Below are positions 1-17,000 of a DNA stretch of 64,000 nt, piece by piece. Made by a program: the position numbers and the translations under genes. Within the stretch, counting starts at the first letter, position 1; every line of letters starts with the position of its first letter. Under the pieces are notes generated by a model. It was not told the DNA's origin, made no database searches, and saw nothing but the letters and a program-made list of their open reading frames with translations. The stretch lies in the NCBI RefSeq assembly GCF_009914755.1, contig NC_060925.1; one strand, given 5' to 3'. The DNA comes from the human T2T-CHM13v2.0 reference genome, Homo sapiens.

Positions 1-53
1 GAGTATGGCTACATAATGTGGGCCAATATTTACAATAGCGGGCAACTGATTCA

Positions 54-236
<183 letters not shown>

Positions 237-2196
237 TCAAAATGTGTACTGGAACAACAGCAAAGCTGGAGACGTGCAAGACAAATCCAACTTGACAATG
301 AGCTACATGATATATTTCTCAAATTCCTCCTCAGTATTACACCTAGACTCATTAGGGAACTAAGGTTAACACACTTCAAGTGAACTGCAAATTCATCACA
401 TAAAGGTTAAATTCCTCAACAGAGCCTTTAGAAAATAAAATTTCAAAGAACAAAATGGAAGACAGTGTTTCCCACTTTCAGTTAAATATTATCAGGAATG
501 AAACACAAACTTTTGATGTTAAGTACAAGAAACATTACAAAATTTCTAGTGATCTCATTGGTTTAAGCAAAATAAAAAATATTTAAAACTGCTGACTCAA
601 GTGAATGATATTAAATCTAAAGCTTGTTTTCATTATTAGACTTAGTCTTGATGTGTATTCAAAATAAAATCTATGACTTCATCATCAATCTACATGTGAT
701 ATATAGTATATGCAAATATGGAATAATTCAGCCTTGTATTATACATGAGCTGATCAGTAACTTTAATTTACTTTTGTAAATGTTACCAAGATCTGTGCAG
801 CATTTTCAGCACTCACAAACTTGACAGAATTGATCAAAATGACAAAAATGAAATAAAATATCAAATGCTCATTTTAAAAAGCAAGAAATAGACATTTCCA
901 TGTGCCTATTTTCTGTGATTTTCCAGGCTCTTATTTTCTCATGGGGCAAGTATCATTTAGAGGGCAAACACCTATCCTCTCCATTGAATAACTTAGCTAC
1001 AGTACAGTAATGTTCTTTGATTTCAACACATACAATAGTCCTTTTTTTCATTACTTTTAGTGCAAAATTTATTCTGACAGGTACTGATAATGTGCTTTGA
1101 TAAATTACCTTAAAGTATGCAATAGCAATTCATTATCGAACTTGGTAATATTATCTTAGCAAGTTAAAATGTTTTTGAATAAAAGAAAAACCCAGAGAAA
1201 TACAGTCATATATTTAAACTATGAAATAGCAGGCAAGCATATCATTTGTAATTAATGTTTTTGTATGTAAGAAAGTTGCTCTTTGCATTTTAACCTTTCG
1301 AATTCCTTTAAGATGAGATTTGTAATGTTATAACCTTTAGAAAGAACCTTCTCACTTAGGTTTAATGTGTCTTGATCCATCATCCTGTATTACTCAAAAA
1401 GTTATGCATTTTTGTGCTAAGATACTGCAATGAGGTAATTTCTGTTGATTGTTATCATCTCTATTAAGCAAAACTTAATACTTTTAAAAAGAAGTCTTTG
1501 GCTTGGCTTATTCTCTTTTTAGAACAGTAATTTCTTCATTAAACATAAATATTAAAAAAGTGCTATATGGAATGCTCTACAGGGCATAGTGTGCATTATG
1601 AATAGTAAAATGTGGAGACTTAGCTGTACAAATTCTAACTCATGAAAATGGAGATCTGCCCCTGCCCATGCAATGCTCATGAAATATTTATAACCACTGC
1701 ATTGGTATTATGAAGGCAGTTGCATCTTTGTGACTTTCATTTCTAAGTTATGAATTTCCATGGGACTTAGCCTAGAAATGACAGTAACTCTAGATGATAT
1801 GAATTGCATGTCCTTTGTGGAAGCTCTCTTTAAGGTAGACTTTGACAATAATTTAAAGATCACTTGAATGGCATAATACATGGAATGTGTCCTGATAAGA
1901 ATTACTGAAACAAATTTGAAATATTATTTGGTTCCAATAGAGTAAACACTAATAATCTGATATAGGCTTCCAAGTGGCTTTCAATACTATTGACCCCCAT
2001 GCCATAATAATTTACTCTGAACATCTGTCAGACATTTTTCCTGATTTTCACTAGGTGACTGCTTTAAATGACTGCCTCTTACCCATTGCTTAATGATCTG
2101 GAATTTGTTCAAAGTTTTTCAAATTCTTAGAAACACATGGTTTTTTTTGGTTAGCACTGTTTACTTGAATCATCTGTCTCTATTTTGAGATACCAT

Positions 2197-2238
2197 AATT
2201 TGACCCTCCATGAGTAAATTTGACCCTCCATGAGTAAA
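2197..2238. repeat. 20-bp tandem duplication (aatttgaccctccatgagta x2)
   Basis: Two identical adjacent copies plus a degenerate start of a third. Confidence 0.9.
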
Positions 2239-2280
2239 GTTGACGGTGTTCACATATATTTTTCTCATCTTCATACTTAG

Positions 2281-2315
2281 GCAAGCCAGCTGCTGACTAA
2301 TCATCACAGCCAAGG
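2281..2315 (+). ncRNA. Candidate 35-nt antisense micro-exon
   Basis: Acceptor tttttctcatcttcatacttag| and consensus donor agg|gtaagt. Supported by splice signals only. Confidence 0.35.
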
Positions 2316-3221
2316 GTAAGTACAGTTTGGCTACCTGAGAATTTTAAAAACAACTTCTAACCAAAATTACCATAAAAATTAATGATTGTTCTGTAAATTG
2401 CAATGTTTTGTTTGACAGGTATAATAGAGAATATTCTAATACAACTAGAAATGTGGTGAGGTCAATAACATCATGAAATGAATCTATATACTTCAGGGAA
2501 TTCACGAATAGACTGTAACTATTTATATTTTCCTGGTTTCTTCAAAATTTTGATATGAATGTTCAAGATCTAAAAGCAATTAATAGTGTTTCTACATCTT
2601 GACCTTCTCATTTTCTAGTGATAGCATGAGATGGCTTTGCCTTTTGTAACAAGCCAGTTTTTAGAATCTTATTGAAATAAATAAGTTTTAGACAATTTCT
2701 AATTCTTCCCAAAATCTTCAGGATCTGAAATATACAAAAGTACTCTTATCTCTCAGACAAATCAAGAGTTTACCATTACCAATACATACAAGGAGAAGAA
2801 GAAGAGGAAGAAGGAAAACAAAAAACAATTATTGACTGCTCTATTTCTGGGCACTAAAAAATATATGTTGTGTCAATGAATGAGAAATGAGTGAAAACTT
2901 GGCAACTTGGCATATTTTCACATTATTTCCTTATATATCCATCAAAATATAAACTATGTCTAGATTTAAGAAAAACCCAGCTATATTTTATGACAATGTC
3001 CAAAAGCATGAAATGTAGGAAGACTACTTTACAAATCACTGGTAATTCTGTGAAAAAGTGATGGATAATTAAGAAAAACAGAATAGCTTAACAAAATCTT
3101 AAAAATGTCTAATACACAAAAACGTCTACGTAGATCACAAAGGCTTTATTGGTGCTTTCTAAAGGCATTAATGCTTCTCCCTGAACATGATTTGCAATCT
3201 CTGTCACAGTAGTTGCTTGTC

Positions 3222-3222
<1 letters not shown>

Positions 3223-3260
<38 letters not shown>
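3223..3260. repeat. (TG)19 microsatellite
   Basis: Perfect TG run. Confidence 0.97.
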
Positions 3261-3262
<2 letters not shown>

Positions 3263-4552
3263 CATGTTCTTCAATACCTGTTAACCCTTTTGCTATTCAA
3301 TGTGATCACCAAAGAAAGCTCTGAAGCAACAAAATGATTTCCTGTGACAGAGGTGCATGGCATTATAAGCAGAAAGACACTTGAAGCCCCTAAGAGAATG
3401 AGTGACAGATCTAGGGAGCAAATGGTGGTCTTGAGGATACTACATAAAGTGAAGGTACCAGAGCAGACTTGTGAAGTGCTGAGAAGAGTTTTGATAAAAG
3501 CAAGCTAGAGGCAAATTTGGCCTATTTGAAAATTTTGATGAGGTACAGCCCAGTGTCTGCCTGCAACTAATCTTATCGGGAATAGATTCCTATGAAAATC
3601 AAACAACGGTGACAACACAACTAGAAAAGGTAATGCTGAGGAATGCAGATTACTTGCTGCAGTAATGTCCATTATGCAAAACTGGTTGTTTTTAAAGCTT
3701 AATTTCTAATCTGGGACACAAGATAATAATTTTTAATTCTAGTAACTACTCTGTATTTAGTTACACATTAAGGGAGTTCTATAAATGACCCATCCTGCTG
3801 CTTTTGAGACCCTGAAGATGACCTCTTCATTGTAGAGCAGGTATTTCTACCAATTACTTAGGGCATCAAATCTCACTGGTTTCATGTCCTCTGCAAAGGA
3901 ATAAGCACTACAGAATGAGACTGAGAATTTCCTGATAAGCTAAATTACAAGTGAAATTTTGACTTGAAGAAACATTTCTCTCCCATTTACCTAGTAATTT
4001 TCACTCTGTACAATTCATTTCAAAATGGCTTTCTTAGAATCTGGCATTTCAATAAATCCACTGCAAAATTTTACCAGTTATAAAATGTTTTTCACTAAGC
4101 AACTCTTAAGTCTTAATTCATATGACATGCCAAGAGGTGGCTAGAATTTTCATTACATCCATGTTTCTGATGGAAAGAACTGGGGCCCAGAAGATCAATC
4201 TGAGTACCAATTTCACCTTCTTAATTTTCTTTCCCATTATCATGTCCTAAACCTTCATCTTCTTTAGCAAAATTGCTCCCTGAAGTGAAATTCAGCCATC
4301 AATTGTAAACTAGAACTATCGAAGGCTTCTACTTCACTTATTCCTGTAAGACTAGAAGTAGCTGCAACATAATGAGCAAACGTGATGTATTATCCTTCTA
4401 TGTCAATAAAACAGGACAGGCAGTCAACTGTTCCAGGCACAATTATAATATTAGTGAATGCAAAGACTATGTGTTGAAATGGAGATGTTTTTATTAACTA
4501 TTTTTTAGCATGTGTCCTTCTTGCATCTGTTTTTCTGACTTAAGTATTCTAA

Positions 4553-6780
4553 AGGTGGTCCAACCACTTTGGAAATTAGTTGTGCAGTTTCCTAAAAAGG
4601 TAGACATGGACTTACTAATTAACCCAGAAATTCAACTCTTAATTATATATACAAGTGAGATGGAAACATATTTCTACATTAAAACTTGCACATGAATACT
4701 CACAGAAACTTTTTCAAAATAGGCCCAAATTTGACATAATGCCAATATTCATCAATATGTGAGTTGAATAAACAAAATTGCTGCATATCCACGCAATGAA
4801 ATATGATTCAACAACAAAAAGAAACTAATGAATCATGCCACAACTTGGAATTAATAAAACAAAATGATGCTAAGTTACAGAAGTAGACATTATATGCATA
4901 CATTTATTAAAATTCTGTAAGAGGAAAAACCATGAGTATGGAAAGCAGAGCAGTGGTTGCTGAGACTGAGAATTAGGCTGGAGGAGCAATTAAGTGGAAA
5001 TAAGTATAAGAAAATTTTTGAGGGTAATGGAAATGTTCCATTTTCTTTAAAGGAAAACTATTGATATATTTGAAGATATTAAAATTAAAATGTTAATATA
5101 TTTAAAAACATTGTGAAAAGACAAGGCACAAAGTGGGACAAGATTCTGAAGCACAATTCATAAAGGAGTAGTATCCAGAATATATAAAGGACCACCTGAA
5201 AATTAATGAGAAAAATGGGCAAAACTTTAACATACTTCGTTCAACATAGCATACTTCATTGGATTTCATTCAAGATGAAATCCAAATGGCCAAAAAATTT
5301 ATGAAATGTGATCAGCCTTATGAACACCTTTCACATTTTTTCCATATAAGGACAATGCTCATTTAAACCACAATGTGATGCCATTATCTATCTACCAGAT
5401 TGGGGGGTTGGGGGAAAGTCAATACACCCTGGGGAGAATGTAAATCAGTACAAGAGTCTTTGGGAAACAGTTTCACATGATCTAGGTTCCACTCTTACGT
5501 ATATGTCCTTTTAAAGATGCAAACTCCAGAATACATGTTCAAAATATCCATAGTAGCACTGTTTGAAATAGCCCCAAAGTGGAAAAAATCCAAATTGTCC
5601 ATCAAGAGTAAAATGAAAAATAAATGGTAATATAGTCATACAATGGAATAAACACACTAGAGCTATATACAATGATAAGGATTAATCTCATAAGGCTTAG
5701 CAAAAGAAACCAGTCTCAAAAGTATACAATATAATTTGATTCATATAAATTCCTTAAATAGAAAGTAAATATGGTCTTTAGAGACATATATATGGGTGAT
5801 AAAACTACGAAGAAAAGCAAAGCAAAGAGTAGGGATGGTGTTAAAGTGGACAGAGAGGGTTGTGTTAGGGTGGGACATATAGGGAGCTTTTGAGGTGTTG
5901 GAGATGTTCTATTTCTTGACCTGGTGGTCACATGGTGTGCACATTATGAGTTGTTAAAAAATATATATGTGTGTGTGTAGGTATCTGTTTATAAATGCAT
6001 ACATATATGTTTCATGTATGTTGTCTATATTCCACAATAAGAAAATATACAAATGACCAGCAAATATGAAAAGACATCGAATCTCGCTAGTAATTAGAAA
6101 AACAAAAGAATAAACATGATCACCTATCATGATTTGCCGAAAATGTAAAGACTGATAATATCCCTCTTTGCTGAGGTTGCAAAGAAACAGGCGTTCTCAT
6201 AGGCTCTCAATAGGAAAGTAAATTAATAACTCCTTTTTAAGAACAATGTGGTAATATGTATAAAAATGTAAAGCTCATCTTATAAGTTTTAAATTCCAAT
6301 TCCAAATACCTAGCCTAATTAAATCCACATGCATTCAAAATATGTGTACAAAGATGTCTGCCATTCACTACAGCATTGTTTGCAGTAGTGAAAAAAAAGA
6401 ATAAATGTCAATATGGGAAGATTTGTGAAAAGTACTATAATCCATACAATGAAATACTATGCAGCCATTAAAAATAAATCTTTGTAAACTGACATGGAAA
6501 GATATCCAAAACATATTAAGTGAACAAAAGCAAGACACAGAATAACACACAGATAGCCTAATCCTGTTTTTAAAATATAAATATGTACATATATTTATAT
6601 AGAGGTCTGAAAAACAGACTATGCATTTATGCTGTAACCTGTTAGCAGTGATTACCTCTGAAACGTTCCATATTTTGAATGTGGTATAATCGGGTATAGA
6701 CATTTGCCAAAACACATCAAACTCTATACTTAAGTGTGTTCATGCTAATATAGGTAAATTATTTCTAATATAGATAAATT
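4553..6780 (+). mobile_element. Cluster of about three ancient L1M (L1MB-L1ME-like) 3'-end fragments
   Basis: Degenerate ORF2 C-terminus (VQPLWK..NPEIQLL) and repeated 3'UTR motifs (caatgaaatactatgcagccattaaaa, ggaaatgttc). Boundaries approximate. Confidence 0.7.
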
Positions 6781-6879
6781 TCATCTATTATTCTAAAAAT
6801 AATTCTAAAGGCACTCAAATATAAATAGAAAAATGAAAGAAAGTGGCATTGTAGGTAATGTGGGTTCTACCCTTTTGGC

Positions 6880-7845
6880 AAATATTTATTGACCATGAGG
6901 CACTACAAATTTTCCGTGCTGAACACTAAGATGAATGAAACTAGAGTCTGCAAGGAAATGCAAACCAGGCACACAATAAAATGGACATCTGATATTAAGT
7001 GTCACAAAAGACAAGACATCCTGAAAGTGTTCTATCATTTCAGCTTATTTCAGAGCATGTAGTGCAGAACCTGACACATAGTAGGCATTCAACAGTATTG
7101 TTGAATTGATAGAGCCTACACCACACAAATTGACACTGACTTTCTTATTTCTATGTACTTGGAGGAAAATTGAGAGTACAGTATACTGGGTCCAGGATAA
7201 CATAATAGATAACTGTTTTAGGTACTATATTGGATAATACAGATTTAGAGATATGTAATATGCTATCCCTGTTCTTTAAAAACATAAAGCAAAATACTTT
7301 ACAATCTAGGGGAGACAAATGCATACAACAAACACATAATGTGATTATAAAATGTTGTAACTGTATATACCTGGAATGTGTACATGTGTGCCTGTGTGTG
7401 TGTGTGTGTGTGTGTGTGGCTACTTCCTTGTGCCTTAAATAGAAGATGACATAGACCCACCTGTGTGTCCTCTCCTCCCCAAGCACATAGCCTTCTCTAT
7501 TCTGTTTCTCATTTCAAGTTTTTTCTTATTTTTCTCTTTCTACCTGGAATGCCCTTCATTTTTTGTCCCTTGAATAACACCCTTCAACGCAGCCCTCCAT
7601 GACAAATCCTTCCATCTCACTTCAGCATAGGATGGATTAGTAAATGACTGCCTCTTTAGTGCTCCTATAATGTTTCTTTATTACTGCATTTATCACAGTG
7701 TTTTATAGTCATCTTCTCTGTTTCATAATCAATTTCTTTCTACTAGACTATTAGTCTTTTAGGGGATGTATTTTACTCTTTTATCCTAGCAAAGAGCCTG
7801 GTACATGAAAGACAATAAATACCATGTTGAATGAAAGAATGAAGA
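6880..7845. mobile_element. L2 fragments in both orientations
   Basis: L2 3'-end motifs cctgacacatagtaggcattcaac (7070-7092) and tgttgaatgaaagaatgaa (about 7825-7843); caaatatttattga on the opposite strand. Confidence 0.55.
7393..7418. repeat. (TG)n microsatellite
   Basis: TG run. Confidence 0.92.
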
Positions 7846-9046
7846 ATTTCTAATTGCATACCAGCTTTCCATCATGAACCACAAAACATTTGCATCTCCT
7901 CTTCCATGGAGCCAAAATAAGCTGGAGATACAGGATATTAGCAGCTCTTGCTCCAGGAGCCAACTGAGTTTGAAAACAGTCTTTTGATGCTCTCCATCAG
8001 TGAGCTAAAATACTTGGAGAGAACTGTCTCCTACTGTGGCCTAGAAGTCCACGAGAACCCACCTGAGGACCCAGGCTGACCATGATCCTTTCTGTCTGAA
8101 CCTTTAATATATTGAGGGCTTTTCCAGAGTTTGTACCTCTGACCCTGACCCTGCCTCAACTCTCAGTCTTTAGTCCCTGGGACCTTGAGGGGAAGGGAGA
8201 TGCTGTCCATATTTTTATCAGCTAAGGGGAACTATATTCCTGTTTTGTTCCTTTAAATATCATTTCTGGTGAACATAACTTAATGATGTTTTTTTCTTCC
8301 TTTCAGACAAAATTTCCCTAGTGTACCATTCCTCTGACATTCTTAGTGTCAATGCTCCCCATTCCACTTAGTCGCTAAAGCTTTCTTTTTTTTTTTTTTT
8401 TTTTTTTTACAAATGGACAAGAATTGCCATACACTACTCACTGTTTAGTTAATTCCTGACTGCCAGCGTTCTTTCAGGCACTATTTTAATTCTCTGTGAG
8501 GACTCTCAGATCCTCTCCACCAGCTCACTTCTTTACTCTCAAATGGCAGTGTTAATTGTAGAGATCAGCCCTGAAAGCTGTTCAAATTTCAGATCTCCTC
8601 TGCCACAATTTGTCCCTATGGAATCAGATTCAGATTTCATAGAATTATCTTGCTTCTGCCGGCTAATCCCAACAGGAAATCCACGGCCTCACCTGGCCAT
8701 GGTAATGAAGTTTGAGAGGTACCTGCCCAAATAAACAGATCAATGAACACCTTCTGCCCACAGTTTCATGTGCTATTCTAGACACTGAGCCTCTCAGGGG
8801 CACTGTAGCACTGTTGCTATTTTAATATGTAAATACCTTGTCTCTATTCCAGGAATCCCATGTTGCATCAAAGAAATGGAAGCAGGGCTCAGACCCTGCA
8901 TGGTAGAGGGGGCTCTGCAATTTAAAGGGTTAACTTTCTGCAATGTTGAGGAGTCGCATAACTTTTCACGAGAACTGATGAGTAGATATGCTAAAGTAAC
9001 TAAGTTCTGAAAACGTCTAAGAAAAATACATGCAGAAGCAGGCAAC

Positions 9047-9459
9047 TGCAACAGACACAGACATGAACCACTCGGATCTACCTTCAGGAACAGACTCTGG
9101 CCCAGCTGCAGGAGTGTGGTGAGCTGACTGCCTCTAACTGCTTCCTCCTTTAGGTGTGCCTCGCTTTTAAACTGGGGTCATGCTCCTTTCAGGGAGACCC
9201 CAGTGAATGATAGCAAAACTGTAGTACAAGGGTCTAGCTATTTCCGGTGAATGTGGGACTCCTCTAATAGGCACTTTTTGTCCTGAAGCTCCCTACTGGG
9301 CTAGCAAAGACTTTTCTTGTGTCTGTATCAGGGTCCAATGGCTCCCCTTTTCCAATTTTGCTTCCACTTTTTTCCTTTCACAAGCATTTCTCTCCAATAA
9401 ACCTTTGGCCCTCCTAACTCCCTCTCTGTGTCTGATTCCTGGAGGACTCAACTGACACA
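9047..9459 (+). mobile_element. LTR16-family (ERVL) solo LTR
   Basis: Matches remembered LTR16 motifs ggatctaccttcagga, cccagctgcaggagtgt and ccaataaacct...tctgattcctggagga, with TG...CA ends. Confidence 0.65.
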
Positions 9460-10104
9460 ACAGTTCTCTACTTGTATGAAGAATTCTCCCTGTAAGAGGA
9501 TTACGCTATATTCTAGGAAAGTCAAAGAAGAAAGAAACTTGCCCAAGTGACCCCAGGATATCTTACTGAGAGGAATTCAAGAAAGCTACGCTGAATCCAA
9601 ACGAATCTCTCAAATTTCTTCTGAATTCTAGTTCTACCCTTGGCTTGACAGAACAAGGTCTCTTGGAATGTCCTGAATACAGTTAAGCCTTGTTGGTGAC
9701 CTACCCAGCAATAGCCAATATATGCTCAGGGGAAAGAAAAGGTCCAATACCAGGAAGCAGGGCTAATTTTTTTCCTAGAAAAAGACTGCTTTTAGGGACA
9801 TGGTAGGAGACAATGATTGAGTGACCTCTGCAAAAAGACAACTCAGAGACATCCTTAAAGAGTTTGGACACTTACTTGATCTTTTGATTCAGAACTTGCT
9901 CAAACTCACTATTGTGATGTGGGACTCTGGAAGCAATTGTGCAAATGCCCATGGATAAAGGACATGATGCCTTTGTGTCCTCAAGACAAAATTATCCATC
10001 AAGGGAGGATGGCCAGAGGAATCAGTGTAGATGCTAATACTCATTCCAATTCTTTGTCTCTTACAGATGCAATCAATGACAAACCCTTTAAAACATCACT
10101 GAGA

Positions 10105-10456
10105 GGCTGGGCACATTGGCTCATGCCTGTAATCCCAGCACTTTGGAAGACTGAGGAGGGTGGATCACTTGAGGTCAGGCGTTCAAGACCACCCTGGCCC
10201 ACATGGCAAATCCTTGTCTCTAGTAAAGTAAAAAAAAGAAAAAAAAAAACAAAAAAACAAAAAACCAGGCATGGTAACACATACCTGTAATCCCAGCTAC
10301 TCAGGAGGCTGAGGAATGAGAATCCTTTAAACCCAGGAGGTGGAGGCTGCAGTGAGCCGAGATTGCGTCACTGCATTCCAGCCTGGGAGACAGAGCAAGA
10401 CTCTGTCTCAATAAAATAAAATAAAATAAAATAAAATAAAATAAAATAAAATAAAA
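10105..10456 (+). mobile_element. Alu (AluS/J) with expanded A-rich linker and (AAAAT)n tail
   Basis: Dimeric Alu; degenerate TSD aaaacatcactgaga / aaaatatcattcattgaga. Confidence 0.95.
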
Positions 10457-11840
10457 TATCATTCATTGAGAGGTCAGATGAAACTTCTTCCAGGTGTGTT
10501 GGGCCTCCAATGCCCTCTGTTCTGAACTGTACTCCATTCTAATGTCTGCCTTAGCTTTCATAATCCATTCTGCTTGTTTGAAGTCTAGTTCTCCCTTTCC
10601 GCTATCTGTACTCTACATTTCTAGACTTTATCCATTGTTCACTTCTTTCTGGATTGGATCCCTCTGAGCCTCTATGCCTGCCTGAATTGACCTAAAGTTG
10701 CCTACCTTGCACCCATAATTGATCCATGACTTGTCTGTCACTTAGGGGCAGCCATTCCTTTCTGCCTTATAATGTTTTTCTTTACCTATGGTGTATATTC
10801 CCAGGTCTATTTCCCTTGTCTTTAATTTTATCATGTTTTTTTTGTAAAACCAAGATTGACACAGGTTCCATAGGCCTATCTTCACAGGCAAACAAAAAAC
10901 TCTTCGAGAGCCATACATTGGCCATATTTCGCAGTAATTAGGACACCTCCAAATCTTCTACATTAAAGCATTTCAGAATAGTTTATTCTTTTGTTGAATC
11001 CTTTATACTGGGCCAAAAAATGAGCTTGAACTTTCTTTATGTGTGGGATATTATTTATCTTTAAATTAAAATGCTAGTTTTATCTACCATACAAAAAGGG
11101 TGTCATCCATAGTTTGCTTATTAATGAGGGTATGCAGCATAATTTGGAAGATCTTAATATATGCAGAAACAGGTCATGTACACATTTTCCTGATACCACC
11201 AGTAGGTGTTCAAAATTGTGGACCAGCTGAGCCAAAATGAACCCCAGCAGGTTTCCTAATCATTGCTTAGAACACATTAAAAAGACCTCAGTGGGTTATG
11301 AAATATAGGCAGCTGCTTGCCCTACTATGTATGGATTCATTTTGGATAAGGGCAAGTGTGTATGTAAATGTATAATAAGGAGTTTTTATTCTTTGCAGAC
11401 TTCAAGCAGCTTGGCATTTGTTTTCTTAATGCAAAGCATTAGTGTAAACAGTATAACAATTTATATTTTATACATCTGCTGGTCTATTCACTTAGCTTAT
11501 GTATTTCAGTGCTAGACTTAGAAAACAACCACAAGCATAAAACCTCAGTATTTTTATAATTCCATATTGAAGTGAATGATTAACCAACACAGGGAGGAAG
11601 CTAGTGTGGGGCACCATTCTGCCCTGGAGCACCCACCATGCTGATACATTTAGGATGAAGAGAGTCTAGGGAAGTCACGCTTCTGTCCTGGGAATGTTAT
11701 GAAATCCAAGCAAGAAAGAATTACTATTGAGGCAATTTTAAATAACCTATCAGAGAAAAACTGCAATCCCTTGGCAATGAATGGTTCCGACTAAGGAGAA
11801 CTCATCCATAACAAGTTGGTATAGTTCTTTAAAGAATTTC

Positions 11841-12035
11841 AATTTTCAACCCAGAATTTCATATCCAGCCAAACTAAGCTTCATAAGTGAAGGAGAAATA
11901 AAATACTTTATAGACAAGCAAATGCTGAGAGATTTTGTCACCACCAGGCCTGCCCTAAAAGAGCTCCTGAAGGAAGCGCTAAACATGGAAAGGAACAACC
12001 GGTACCAGCCGCTGCAAAATCATGCCAAAATGTAA
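11841..12035 (+). pseudogene. L1 ORF1p C-terminal remnant
   Basis: NFQPRISYPAKLSF...QNHAKM; the first 20 aa of ORF 11781..12035 come from flanking DNA. Confidence 0.95.
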
Positions 12036-12071
12036 AGACCATTGAGACTAGGAAGAAACTGCATCAACTAA

Positions 12072-15926
<3,855 letters not shown>

Positions 15927-16603
15927 ACAATGAGATCACATGGACACAGGAAGGGGAATATCACACTCTGGGGACTGTGGTGGGGTGGGGGGAGGGGGGA
16001 GGGATAGCATTGGGAGATATACCTAATGCTAGATGACGCGTTAGTGGGTGCAGTGCACCAGCATGGCACATGTATACATATGTAACTAACCTGCACAATG
16101 TGCACATGTACCCTAAAACTTAAAGTATAATAAAAAAAAATAATAAATAAATAAATAAAAGGAATTAGGAAGGGAAAAAAAAATTTCTTCCCACTGCTGC
16201 TGTAGGAGCTGGAAAGAAATATCTAGGCCATTTTGTTTGTTTGTTTGTTTGCTTGCTTGTTTTTGCCAGCTCTGTGGACTGATATCCCTTTTTGAGGTAA
16301 ATACTCAAAACTAAATACTAAAGGAAATAATAATACTAAGGAAATACTAAAGTGGGTGACTTTGGTAGAAGTCTTTGGTGATAATGTGGGATAGAGAAGG
16401 CTTTAAACATGACCTTTTGTAAGTGTAGTATTCACAAATTCAAAATGAAATTCATGGATACTGGATTTTATCTAAAATCTTTAGCAATCTTGAACCTAAA
16501 AATCCTTGAATATATTTATTACACTCATGTGGTGGTTTATAAGCATACATGTCATAAGGGGTGTGTCTGTGTAAAAAGAGAGTTCTCTATTTTAATCTTT
16601 CAG

Positions 16604-16850
16604 GTGTCAAGGAAAGGAAACATGGCGAGGTTACCCCATTTTGGGGAGTTTATTACAACTATACATGGAAAAATAAAAAAGTAAGTGAAATGTTTTTGGT
16701 AAAGGAAGGGCTAGGCCTCTGGGGATTGGGACACCATAAATCATTTTGTAAGACATACAGCAGCTCTAAAGAGCAGCTCCTGTTTTCTTGTTGTTACTTT
16801 AGGAATGGGTGTCTATTGTTTTAAGGATTAAAAACTCTGCAATACGAATA
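16604..16850 (+). ncRNA. Candidate terminal exon of the antisense lncRNA
   Basis: Strong acceptor ttctctattttaatctttcag| (ends 16603); ATTAAA at 16827-16832 followed by a T-rich tract; alternative donor aaa|gtaagt at 16680/16681. End coordinate approximate. Confidence 0.4.
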
Positions 16851-17000
16851 CATCTGCTCTTATTTCTCAGCATCTCTTATTCCATTTCTACTTCTACTCA
16901 CTTTCTCCTTTTTCCTATATTAGCTTTTTGGTTCTCCAATTCAATTTTTTTCAAAATTGAGTTGAACTTGGTTTTCCGATTCAATTTTTTTACTATTTTT

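Noticed and set aside
2197-2238. Short tandem duplications (also 44175 and 51345) as a repeat array or CRISPR-like structure
   Set aside because: Two-copy micro-duplications without spacers, at ordinary density for human DNA.
8281-8310. Strong + strand acceptor tttttttcttcctttcag
   Set aside because: No convincing partner donor or polyA signal identified nearby.
9919-10290. 123-aa ORF, and similar ORFs at 25227, 26892, 27415, 30256, 34203 and 59557
   Set aside because: Translations of Alu sequence.
8760-10920. Sequence flanking the LTR16 and the first Alu that may be an older LTR-type repeat
   Set aside because: I could not match it to any family with confidence, so it is left unannotated.
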